A stretch of 64,000 bases of DNA from Lama guanicoe. Taxonomy: Eukaryota. This document shows, piece by piece, positions 1 to 11,534 of this stretch (position 1 is the first letter of the stretch; the number at the start of each line of letters is the position of its first letter). The notes beneath the pieces are model-generated. The model saw only the letters and a list, made by a program, of their open reading frames with translations. It searched no databases and was not told the origin of the DNA. The stretch spans positions 5,839,842-5,903,841 of the forward strand of contig MU053557.1 of NCBI GenBank assembly GCA_013239625.1, read 5' to 3'. Made by a program: the position numbers and the translations under genes.

Positions 1-317
1 ACCAGGGCCTGGCATGTGGTGAGCACGCCCTGGAGGGAACCTCTTACTGAAATGAATAATATGCAACGTGGTGAGGTTATTAAGGGTGCAGATAAAACAG
101 GGAGGCTTTCTGGAGGGGGTGGTGCCATTCAAGTTAGGTGGGAAGGCTGAGGGGGTTGAGCATGTAGAAAGGAGAGGAAACAGAAGGGTTCCAGGTGGGT
201 GTGTGCAAACCCCACAGCGAAGGCCAGAACTCACAGGGCAGGTGTGGGAACGTGAGCCGTTGGACTCCCTCTGGCTGCTGAGGGTACAGAGAGCAGGTGA
301 GCAAGCCTTCAGGCAGG

Positions 318-546
318 CCCTGACGTCAGGGGCCCTGAATGCCAGGATGAGGAGTTGCCGCTTGATCCTCCTCGTCCTGGAGAGGCAGGAAAGAGGCATG
401 ACACCGGTGGAGCCAGGGTGGGGGCTGGGGGATGAATCTGGCAGCGTGGGGTGGGTAGATTGGCGGGGGAGAGACTTTGTGGCGGAGAGGCCATTTAAAA
501 GGCTGTTGCAAAATCATTTTTCCTGATAAAGAGCTGAGCTGAGTCA
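318..546 (+). promoter_or_regulatory. SYNPO: Candidate SYNPO internal promoter: CRE, TATA-like, GATA and AP-1 motifs
   Basis: TGACGTCA at 321-328 within the palindrome CCCTGACGTCAGGG (318-331); TTTAAAA about 494-500; TGATAA 524-529; TGAGTCA 540-546; directly upstream of a CpG-containing segment that ends in splice donors. Confidence 0.5.
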
Positions 547-549
547 TCT

Positions 550-717
550 GTGGAGGAGAGAAGTCACATCGAGCTCCTCCGCGCTGCCGTCGATGTGGGA
601 TTTTCCTCTTTGTCAGCTAGTCGACTGGCTGCCTTCCCCGGAGGCTTTGGGAACCGAGGCCGGCTCAGCATCCGGGGGAAGCTGGGCTGCAGGGAGGACC
701 CAGCCGGAGTGAGTAAG
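550..717 (+). other. SYNPO: Probable non-coding first exon of SYNPO (5' boundary approximate)
   Basis: CpG-enriched stretch after promoter motifs ending in overlapping donors (GTGAGT 709, GTAAGG 713, AAG|GTGAGC 718); about 5.4 kb upstream of the large exon, as expected for isoforms starting at MEG.SEE. Confidence 0.5.
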
Positions 718-3700
718 GTGAGCACCCAAAGGTGCCTTTGCGGTTTAGGGTGTGTGACTTGGGGCATTCTGCATCCCTCTTTGGTCTCAGTTCCCCTCTG
801 GACATCAAGGGAGAGGCACGTGATGATTTCTGCCAGTTGGTTAGTGGCAGGGCTCCCCACTTCCATTCCTATGCATCTTTCGTGTCTGGCAGTCCTTCCC
901 ACCTTAGTATGAATTATTCTCCTCCTGAGACGAGGCCTAGCAGTCTGCCGGGGCTCCATCAGGTTGCACTCACCAGGACTTTGGCATGGATGGAGAACTC
1001 CCTTGGGAATGGAGGCTGTGTCATTTCCTCCTTTCAGCAGGGAGGATGTGGGGCAGGGGCTGGCAAGGTAGCCAGGCCATTACTCAGGCCCAGTTCATCT
1101 TCCTGCCCCAGCTGAGGCTGAGCTTGTGCAGCGGCCAGCCATTGGTTCCTTCCTGACCCCACCAGGGGGGCAGTTTACCCAGCCTGTTTACCTGTCCCGT
1201 TGCCAAGACTCCCAGGCAGCCACAATGGGCCGTCTCCAGCCAGTCTCTATTCCTACCTCTGGCTCCCCGTCCCTCTCCACCCTACCCGGGGCCTGGGCAC
1301 TCCCACTGACGGCAGCCGTGTGAAGAAGCATTTCCTTGAATTCTCTCCCTGACCTGACCTTCTGCTCTGGCCTCCGTTCTCCTGCCCCACCTCCTTTGGA
1401 TCCTCAGTCCAAAAGGCCTGTGGCCGGCAGAACTGATTGCCTACAGAAATGATAGGGGTGGGAGAAAGGGCTTATCCCCATCAGAGCCCGACTTGAACTT
1501 GGGTCTCCTGACTCCCAATACTGTGCTCTTTCCACTCCACTGGTGTTTTAGTCCTAGCGGTCATTTCTGCCTTAGAAAGAATGCATTTATCAGCTCTTCT
1601 CCCGAGAGGCAGAAGGGAGAGAAAGCATGAGCTGTTCTAGGCAGCTGAGCGTGCAGAGGAGAGGGCACTGCTGGGGGTGCTGATCGCGAGCTGCGGAAAC
1701 AGAGGACTCTGCAGACCCCCATCCGGGTGCCCCAGAGCATCTACTGGTGCACCTCCTTCTAGAGTCAGGGTCTGGAGGGCAGGGGAGTTAGGAAATGAGA
1801 TTCAGCAACTGGACTTTGAGTTTTGAATCCCAGCTCTGCTATTTACAGGTTGTATGACCCTGGGCAGGTCTCTCTGAGCTCTGGTTTCAGCTGTTAACTG
1901 GGAAAACAATCATACTTCTCTCTTGGGGTTGTTGGGAGGACGGAACAAGAAGATGGGTACAAAGCGCATGCACAGCACTTTATACGGGGTCCTGGGCCAC
2001 AGTGAGGGCTTCCTAGTTCCAGCAGTCCTTGCCATCTTCATTCCAAAGGCTGAACTCAGGGCCTCTTGTCCCCCTTCCCAATTCAGGGATTCAGCCCTGT
2101 CAGACCAGCTCTTCCCTGTATCTGCCCTCACCCCTTTCTCTCCTGAAGGCCTGTCTTCAGAGTTCCTCATCCATTGTCCAGAGTGGGTCTTCCAAGGGCC
2201 GGCACCCCAACTTGGCCCTGTAGAAGCTTAGAGAAGGGTTATGACTTGTCCGGGAACAGACTGCAACCAGGCAGACTTGGGGGGGGGCAGGTCAGCAAGG
2301 ACCTCTTCCCTGTGGCCCTCGGCCATCTCTTGCGTCTCTGACGCTAGGGACCACAATCTTGGAGCCTGGTGGCTAGGGCATCACTGGGGTGGCAGTTCCC
2401 TAGGCTGGGGAATTTTGGATGGAGCTGCCTCCCTTGGTGCCCTGCACTGGGGAACTCTGGGGTGCCCATAGTTGGCTCAGCCCCCCTTCTCTCAGCTTTG
2501 TTTGTGCAGGGTGGCAAAAATTGCCTGGATTGCTGGCTGGGTCTGGTCCAAGCCTCCTGCCGAATTCCTTTTCTGTGGAGTCACTGCGGGCTGGGATGGA
2601 GGGCGCGGGAGCTCCGTCAGAGGCAGCGCTCTCTCCCGACCTGGCCCATTCTGCTGCTTTCCTCTTGTCCCTAAACCCCAGGTCCTGGCCCACGGTCTCC
2701 CCTGAGACCCTTCCCCTCTCCAAAGCCTCCCAGACCAGCTTCTCCCTGAGGGCCCTTCATGCTCTGACATTTGAGCATTTTCTGTCCCCACATCCTGGGG
2801 GACTGAAGCAGAGAAGTAAGGAGAAAAACAGAAAAGAGCAAGGACTTTGGGAGCTCTGGAATACCCCAACACTGAAGCCCTTCCTAGGAGCCTGGCACTG
2901 TGGGAACCTGCTAGCCAGACAGCTTGGTGCTCTCTGGAGTCATGAAGAGCCAGGGGGAGCTGCCCCACTGCTCTCCGGCCCTGTGACCTTGGACAGCTCA
3001 CGCTGTTTCTGAGCCTTGGTTTTCTCACCACTACAAAGTGACTAATAATTTGTGCTTCATAGAATTGTTGTGGGAATTAAACAAGATAGTATGTGTGAAG
3101 TGCACGTCTGGGTAGACAGTAAGAGCCTGATCGGTGTGAGCTACGATGGCTGCAGCTGCGCCGTAAGCAGAGGCAGGTCTCGGGATGTGTGTCCTGACCA
3201 CGCTCCATGGGGCTGTGACTTGTGGCTGAGTCTCTGCAGGGCTGTCAGGCTGGAGAGAGAAAGCTCTTTACCTGGGGAGCAGGGGGGGCTGAGCCGTGTC
3301 AAGAGGTGAAACGAACGTGAGGAGTGACTTTATAGCTGAGGAATGTTCATTAGTGGAAGACACTTCTTCCGGGTAGCGAGCTCCCTGTCAGTTGAGTGTG
3401 TAAACAGAGGCTAGTACCTCAGGGGCATGGCTGTAGGGGAACAGGAATCATGTAGGGAACTGGACCCGATGACAGCCACCCCTGAGATTCTGGTTCTGTG
3501 ACTTGGGGCAATAATCCCGGCTTCCAGTAACTCTGGAATCCCCTGCTGTGTGACCTGAAGGGAGTCTCATCCCCTTTCAGGACCGAGATCTGTGGAGTAA
3601 ATCTCCTTTGCTAGAAGAAGCTCTAACCCCTCCCAGGAGCTGAGTGGGGTCACCAACTGTCAGCTTATCCCAAGGTAGCATGCGCCCTCTGCCCGTCCAC

Positions 3701-5379
3701 TTGGGCCAGACGACAGTAATCTCTTTGGCATTCATGACTTCAGCGTAGCCTCCCAACCCCAACGTCAGTGCTTTTATCACCTTCTTCTCAGTTAAGGAAA
3801 CTGGCTCTGAGAGGTGCGGTAACCTGCCAAGGTCATGCAGCTAGCAAACAGCAGAGCCTGGATTTGGGCCGGGAGGCCTGGTTTCTAAGCAGAGCAGAGG
3901 ACATGGGCCCTGCATGAGCCAAGCCACCTCTCAGGGCCCTCCTGTGTGGCTGGCTTCCCCCTACCTAAACTCCCTCCCAGGTAGCAGCCTGGCCCAACCC
4001 CCAGAGCCTTCGTCTTTTATAGATGGGGTGATCCAGGTAGGAGGGGAGTCCTACCAGGAGAAAGCAGGTGTCAGGGGTGCGTGGGGCAGGCTGTGTGCTG
4101 TCCCTGTTCTGGACAGGTGGGTGCAGGTGTTGGGGGGGGTCACATTGTGATGGGAGGAGGGAAGTCGGAGGTAGAGGACAGAGGCCTGTGGCTGCTGGGC
4201 CTGTTCCCAGTAAAGCTGCTTCTGTGTGGGCTCTCTGCTGACCCAAGTGTGAGCTCCACCCTGCGCCACTCTCTGGACCTCAGGCCCTTCATCTGTAAAA
4301 TGGAGGTGGTAGTGAAAGGCCTCCTCTGTAAGGGCTCTTCCAGCTCCGAGAGTCCATGAGTTCTGAGCCTCACTGGCAGGAAGCCTAGAAAAACTGTCCC
4401 TGGAGACCCACTCAGGAGGTCATGGCCAGTGCTAATGAGGGCAAGGTAGGAGGGAAGGCAGGGTCAGATTCCTCAAGAACTAATTAGCTGCCCACAGTGA
4501 GGGTGGGGTGACAAAGCCACTGACTGAGCTGCCATCCCTGGCCACAGGCTGTCCCATCCATCTGTCCATCGGACCATTTGTTCCCACATTCATTTCTTTA
4601 TTCCTTATTCAATAAGCACAGATTGAGCACTGACTGTGTACCAGCTGGGCACTGGGGATGTAATGAAAAATGGTTGCATGTAGTGAACTTACAGATTAAT
4701 AGGGACCTAACCCCTGACCTCAGGCCTCAGACTCCAGCCCCAGACTGAACGCCAACTCCCACCGACTCTATCCCTGTATGTCCCAAAGGGATCTTTGGGA
4801 CAAGCAGGCAGCTTGAGCATGGGCTGTGGACCCAGTGAGAACTTGTTATGACTCCAGCCTTGCCACCTTTTGCTGTGTGAACTTGGGTGAGTTTCTTACA
4901 AGTCTCTGGACCTCATTTTCCGCTTCTGTAAAATGGGCGAGTAATGCTTGTGTCCTAGTGTTCTTGTGAGGATAAAATGAAGTAATGCAATGTTCTAGTA
5001 AAGTCACTGCTGAAATTAGCCCCACTTAGGACTTTTATAATATTTTAAATTTTTATTATTATTTTATAATACTAAAATATGAGAATTTGAAAAGATTGTT
5101 TAAATGAAGATGGGAAGAAATTCTGCAGGGACTTAGAAGAAACTAATAAGGGTTGTTATGTGACTTGTGGTACAGGGCATTCAGAGATGGAGGGACATTT
5201 TTCACTGTATACCTTTTGCTATTTTAAAATTAAAAAAAATTTAGACCATGTGAATGTATTACCTATTCTAAAAAGAAGAAGTGTTAGTGTTAGTATTAAC
5301 AAATGACTACTCTATGAGTTTGAAGGTATAAAAGGCCCTAAGATATGCACATAGAAAATGTCCTGGGGGTCCACTCATA

Positions 5380-5900
5380 CATTCAGTAATGCTTCCTGAG
5401 TGCCCACATTTTGCCTGGCACTATTCTAGGGGCCAGGGTTAGAGTAATGAACAAGTCAAGCAAAGTCATTGCCCCCTTAGAGCTTATGTTCTAGGTCGGG
5501 GAGACATAATAAACACGGAAATGTGTAAAGGAGATAATTCTGAATTGTGTCGAATGCTGTGAAGAAAATAAAACAAAGAGATGGGTTAGGTGAGGGTAAA
5601 GTTGATTATAGAGCAAGGTCCCTCTGGAGAGGCGTTATTCAAGTGAGTCCTGAGTGGTAAGAAGGAACCAGCATGGAAGCCACTTGGGAAAAGATCATTC
5701 CAGTGCAAAGGCCCTGGGGCAGAAGCAACTTGGCATTTTCAAGAAACAGAAAGCCAGCTGGGCAGAGTCCAGTGAGAGAGGAGAAGGGTGGTGGGAGATA
5801 AGTCTGGGATGTAGTGGGGACTTGACTGCTAGGGTGAGGTGTTCCTGCTGGGTATGGTAAAAGGCCATGTCAATAACCTTTCGGGAGGAATCCAAACAAG
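5380..5900. mobile_element. L2 LINE fragment
   Basis: cattcagtaatgcttcctgagtgcccac...ggcactattctagg...cagtgcaaaggccctgggg, typical L2 3' region; boundaries approximate. Confidence 0.6.
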
Positions 5901-6151
5901 GAAGGGATTGGTTAATATTGAAAAGGTAATCAGGGGAAGTATTACACAGGCTGTGGCATTTGAGTTGGGCCATGATGATTGGGTCAGGGATGTTTATGAG
6001 GAGAGGGGATTCTAGGAAATAGTGAGTAAAGATCAAATTCCAGGGGAAAAGGCCGTCTGTAGGAGGAGCACGGGTGACTGTCTGTCTGTCTGCCTGTGTA
6101 CCCTGTGGCTCTGCAATTCCATTGCTAACTGGGCCTCTGTCCCTCCTGCAG

Positions 6152-8568
6152 CATTGGGCCGGAGCACCAGCCTCACCGAGAAGGATCTAAAAGAGGCCAA
6201 GGCGAGGAGCCAGCAGATCGCAGCCCAGCTGACCACCCCTCCCAGCTCCAACTCCCGCGGAGTCCAGCTCTTCAACAGGCGCCGGCAGAGGGTGAATGAG
6301 TTCACCTTGGAGAGCCACGGCCAGAGGGGACAGAAGCCCAGCCAGGAGTCCCTCCGAGTGACCCCTGCCAGCCCCACAGGCCATGCCCCAGGGCTCAGCC
6401 TGAGTGCCACCTCAGTCCCTAAGCCAGGCCCTCCGAGAAACCCCAACTGCCAGAGCTCTGATATAAGGGTCCCTGGTCACAGCATGGAGGGCTGCTCAGA
6501 GGAGGCCAGCTTGCTGCGGCACCTGGAGAAGATGGCCAGTGAGGAGGAAGAGGTACCACTGGTGGTTTATTTAAAGGAGAACGCCGCCCTGCTGACAGCC
6601 AATGGGCTCCACCTGTCCCAGAACCGAGAAGCCCAGGAGACCCCACCAACCCCACCAACCCCACCAACCCCACCCCCGGAGGTCCACAGCCCAGCCGCAG
6701 ATGTCAACCAAAACCTCCCCTCATCCAGCACCACGCTCATCACTCCAGCTTCTAACAGCAACCACAGCCTGCCAGCCACAGATGTCAATCAGAACCTACC
6801 GGCAACTGTCACCCCGCAGAGCCTGCCACTTTCTAGTGTCCAACAGAATTCTTCAGAAGCACAACTCCCGCCTAATGGCACAGTGCCAGATTTCAAACCC
6901 AGCACCCTGTGTGCTGGTGGGCAGCCCCAGGAGCCAGCTGCAGAGGTGAGATCCAGCACCCTCGTAATTGATAAGGTATCAGCTCCATCTACCACCACCA
7001 GCGCCTTCTCCAGAGAAGTTACTCCCATCTCCAGCTCCGGGCCCCCAGCCCCAGATTTCATGTCCAGCTCCCTGCTCATCGATGTCCAGCTCGGCGCCCC
7101 AGTGGTGTCAGCAGAACAAGAGATGTCCGGGCAGGCAGCCACAACCATGCCCACCAAGCTGTACAGCGAGGTCCACCTCACGCTGGCCAAGCCCCCATCC
7201 GTGGTCAACAGGACAGCCAGGCCCTTTGGGATCCAGGCTTCAGGGAGCACCAGCCAGATGGAGCGGAGCCCCATGATAGAGAGACGACATCTTGGGGAGA
7301 AGGCCCCAGCTACCCAGCCCCCCAGCATGGCAGACCGGAGCCCTCGGCCACAGAGACACGTAATGTCCCACAGCCCCATGCTGGAGAGGAGGCCCATGGC
7401 ACAGCGAAGCCCCGCCTTGGAGAGACGCCCCTTGGGAGCCTTCACCCCGCCCCCTACCTATGCTGAGACCTTGTCCACGGCCCCCCTGGCTTCCCGGGTT
7501 AGGTCTCCCCCCTCTTACTCTGCCCTGTACCCCTGCTCCGACCCTAAGCCTTCTCATCTAAGGGGCCAGGCGGTTCCTGCCAGCAAGACAGGCATTCTGG
7601 AGGAGTCAATGGCCCGCAGGGGCAGCCGGAAATCCATGTTCACCTTCGTGGAGAAGCCCAAGGTGACCCCGAATCCAGACCTGCTGGATCTGGTCCAGAC
7701 GGCTGATGAGAAGAGGAGGCAGAGAGACCAGGGGGAGGCGGGCGTGGAGGAGGAGCCCTTCGCGCTGGGGGCCGAGGCCTCCAACTTCCAGCAGGAGCCC
7801 ACAGCCCGGGACAGGGCCAGCCCCGCGGGCGCCGAGGAGACTCTCCCCGAGTGGGCCTCGTGCCTCAAGTCGCCGCGCATCCAGGCCAAGCCGAAGCCCA
7901 AACCCAACCAGAACCTCTCCGAGGCCTCCGGGAAGGGGGCTGAGCTCTACGCCCGCCGCCAGTCCCGGATGGAGAAGTACGTCATCGAGTCTTCGGGCCA
8001 CACGGAACTGGCCCGCTGCCCTTCGCCCACTATGTCCCTGCCTTCATCCTGGAAGTACTCCACGAATGCGCCTGGCGGCTTCCGAGTGGCATCCCGAAGC
8101 CCAGCTCGGACCCCGCCTGCCTCCTTCTACCATGGCTACCTGCCTGAGAACGGGGTCCTGCGCCCAGAGCCCACCAAGCAGCCACCCTACCAGCTGCGGC
8201 CCTCGCTGTTCGTCCTCTCTCCCATCAAGGAACCTGCCAAGGCCTCGCCTAGAGCTGCCTCGCCCAGAGCCGCCTCACCTGCCAAGCCGAGCTCCCTGGA
8301 CCTGGCACCCAGCCTGCCCAAGGCGGCCCTCCCGCCGTCTCCTGCCTTGCCTCGGCCCTCCCGCAACTCACCGGGCCTCTACACCTCCCCTGGCCAGGAT
8401 GGCCTCCAGCCCACTACCGTGAGCCCTACCTACAGCAGTGATATCTCCCCCGTGTCTCCCTCCAGGGCCTGGTCTCCCCGAGCCAAGCAGGCCCCCAGGC
8501 CCTCCTTCTCCACCCGTAATGCCGGGATCGAGGCTCAGGTGTGGAAGCCTTCCTTCTGCTTCAAGTAA
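6152..8568 (+). CDS. SYNPO: Synaptopodin large coding exon. Short isoform CDS 6484-8568 (694 aa, ends VWKPSFCFK); 6152-6483 is coding only in isoforms with upstream exons outside the window
   Basis: Acceptor ccctcctgcAG at 6150-6151; translation [16 protein letters not shown]...[16 protein letters not shown]...PPTY (7450-7461), PPSY (7507-7518)...[14 protein letters not shown] matches synaptopodin; internal donor CAG|GTGTGG after 8538. Confidence 0.96.
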
Positions 8569-11493
8569 CGGACCCCACGGGGATCCCGCTGCCTGTCAGG
8601 GCCCCCCTCTCAGAGGGCTGGATGGAGAGCTGATATGGCAGGAGGTGGCACAGGGCTGACAGTCAGGAGTATGTGGACTCAGGGCTCAAGGGCTGATGCT
8701 GCCAGCGGCTAGCTTTGTGATCTTGGGCAGGCCACCTCTCCTCTCGGAGCTGCAGCTGCCCCTTCCCTACCACAGGTGGCTGGGCTCCATGTCTGAAGGA
8801 TCTGAAGCCTGCTGCTGGGTGGGGAGGAGGGTCCCTGAGAGAAAGCTCCCTTGGAAGGCCCTAACGAGGCTGGGGGACTTCCCTTGGCCTTTGTGAGCAG
8901 TAGGGATGCCAGCGTCTTGCTGGGTAAAGGCCTACAAGGGAACTAACAGGGGCTTCTGGAACAAACAGAGCCTGCCCGTGCCTGTGGAACCAGCCAGCCA
9001 AGGGCCTGCCTCCTCAGCCGCCCCGGTGGGCCTGCCCTCATTGTGGCCCCAGCTCTGGCATCTTTCTGCCTGTTGCTGGATTCTCACCTCCACAGGTCTC
9101 TCTTCCACCTCTGCCTTCTGGACACTGTTTCTTTTCTGCTGCTTCAGAGACCTTTGCCTTGGCCTTCATATTTTCTTCTCTCCTGGGTTCTGCTGGATGA
9201 GGACTTAGCCCACCACTGCTGTCTGATGCTTTTCTTCCTGCCCCTCTGCTCAGCTGCCTCTGTGCCCTCTCCAAACATCTGGCTCCGCTTTCTAGACAGC
9301 TAATGCAGTTTATCCCAGACCTCAGTCCTGATTCCACCTGGCTTGCCCTCACTGTTCTGGGGTGTGGGAGGCCCAGGGGATCCCTGAGAGAGAGCCCTGT
9401 AAAAGGATGTGCAGTGGTGGGTGTGCAGCTAGAAGAGAGCCGCTAGTGATGTATCCATTGGCTGTTTTGGCTTAACCTCAGCCAAGATCTACACGACTGA
9501 AAGCAGCCATTTCCGTGCAGTAGTAGAGGCCACAGGGGGAGAGGCGGGAGAGGCAGACTCTGGTCCCATCTCAGCCTCCCACTTGCTGTGTGACTTTGGC
9601 CAAGTCACTTTCCCTTTCTGGGCCTATTTTCTCAATGGGGGCCCTCGTAGCTGTGAGAATCTGTGAGAATTGAGAGGATAGGCTGGTGCTTTGGGAGAAA
9701 GGCCTTGTAAGTGGTAAGACAGCCCCCCCGGGAAGAGAGGGGAAGGAACGGTCCTAGTTGCTGTAGGACAGATGGGGAGAAGATGTCTGCAAGGGTATCC
9801 TGGGGAGGGTGTGGCTGGAATGAGCTGCTGCAGGAGGCCCGGGATCAGAAGTTTAGGTTGGGATGGCTCAGGCTCAGGACTGCCTGGAGACGGTGGGAGC
9901 ACAGCAAGGGCTGGGTGGGAGCACAGCAGCTAGGGACGGGACCTAGGAGACCTTATGGTTTTGAGGGAAAGGCTGGGACTTATGAGATCTAGATTCTAAA
10001 ACATGGTCTCCATGTGTATCCTTGGGTCTCAGTTTCCCTATTCACGCTGTGAGGGTTTTGAGTCAGGTAGTCTGAGATCCTCACCACCTCTGAACCTTTG
10101 ATGTGCTGCAGCCCCCTCCACCAAAACCAGGCTTTGTGGGGGGATGAGAGAATATAGACGCAAGAGGCAGAATTCAGATGGAAGCTTCCCAAGACCGGGG
10201 GCCGAGCACCACCCACTTTCCCTTTCCCAGCCCTATTTCTGGGCTCCCCGACGAGGCGAGGGGTGGTGGAGGCGGTGCCCATGCTGGGCTGAGCCTGCAG
10301 TTTTCGTGAGCTCTCAGCTCGTCTCCATGGGAACAGGGGTGCCTTCCCAGTGAGTTCATTCTGCCCAGAACATGGGGGCATGCGTGGGGGAGTCATGAGT
10401 GAGCTCAGCTCCTTCATGCCAGGCCCCTCCCAGGACAGAGTGAAGCCCCTGTTCCGGACCCCTGCTCCCTTCGACCCCTGAGGGCCAGCAATGGAAGAGC
10501 CCACCCTTCATCCTGCAGCTCCTGCGGCCAGGCTGGCCAAGCTCTTCCCTCAACTTTGTTTTCTCTCCTGTTCTCAATACATTCTGCCTCAAATCTGTCT
10601 TGCTTCTTTCTTTCTTCCGCGTTCGCTGGCTGGTGGTCAGGGCCCTCTCCCTCCTCCCTGATTCTGGCCTGGGAAGTGGGTGGGGTGGGGGCTGCTCAGT
10701 TACTGCGTGTGAGCCTGTGGTACATCTCCGCGTGCTGCCTGCATCTGCTGAGTGTCTGGATCTGCCAAGGGTACAGCTGTGTGCTGGCTTGGAAGTGAGG
10801 GCTGCCCTCTTCCCTCCCCGGGTCAGCACTGAGGAACCAAGATCCTGTGGAAATTGCATTCTTCTGTTTTCCTTCAAAGTTTAGCCAAAAAGTCTGTAGA
10901 GCATGGGGAAAACCCATGCCCCTTAAGGCCCAGCTTTATTTTAATTCCTTAAGAGTAGAATTTAAGTGCCTTTAGCCAGAGCATATACTCTTTCCGGTTT
11001 CCTCAGGTCACTGCCCCCCCGCAACCCTCCACCCCTATTATCTAAATCTGGCCACTTCCCACAGTCATCACCACCTGGCTCCTGAAAACAGAGTTTCTGC
11101 CCCTGGTGGAGAAGAACAAACTGCCATCAAGAGTCAGAAAAATGGGTTCTAGTCCCAGATCTGCACCTGACTCCTTGTATGACCTTAGACAACCCTTTCC
11201 ACCTCTGGGCCTCAGTTTCCCCTTCCATGCAATGGGAGGATTACAGAGGCTGTCTGGGAGCTAGCTCTCTGTGCACTCTGATAGTTCCTGTCTGACTCTG
11301 CTCTGCTCATACCCTCACCCCACACACATGCCCTGCTTTGGGGCTGGGGCTGGGTTAAGTGGGTGCTCCTTTCTGAATTTTCACCCACGTGCATTTCCAA
11401 GGAGTTCTGGTGTGTACAGTGCATTAAGGTCGTTGACAGAAAGTGAATAGTTCTGATTCCCTGCAGCCTTTTGGTATTATGCACCCAGCCGCC

Positions 11494-11494
<1 letters not shown>

Positions 11495-11532
<38 letters not shown>
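11495..11532. repeat. (AC)19 microsatellite
   Basis: Perfect dinucleotide run. Confidence 0.95.

Positions 11533-11534
<2 letters not shown>

Noticed and set aside
491..502. CCATTTAAAAGG as an SRF CArG box
   Set aside because: It has eight A/T between CC and GG, not six; better read as TATA-like.
6022..6151. ORF track extends SYNPO 43 codons upstream from a GTG
   Set aside because: This is intronic sequence before the acceptor at 6150-6151; synaptopodin similarity starts at the acceptor and there is no ATG.
6033..8422. Long antisense and alternative-frame ORFs over the SYNPO exon (also 13541-14336)
   Set aside because: Expected shadows of GC-rich, Pro/Ser-biased coding DNA; no recognisable protein.
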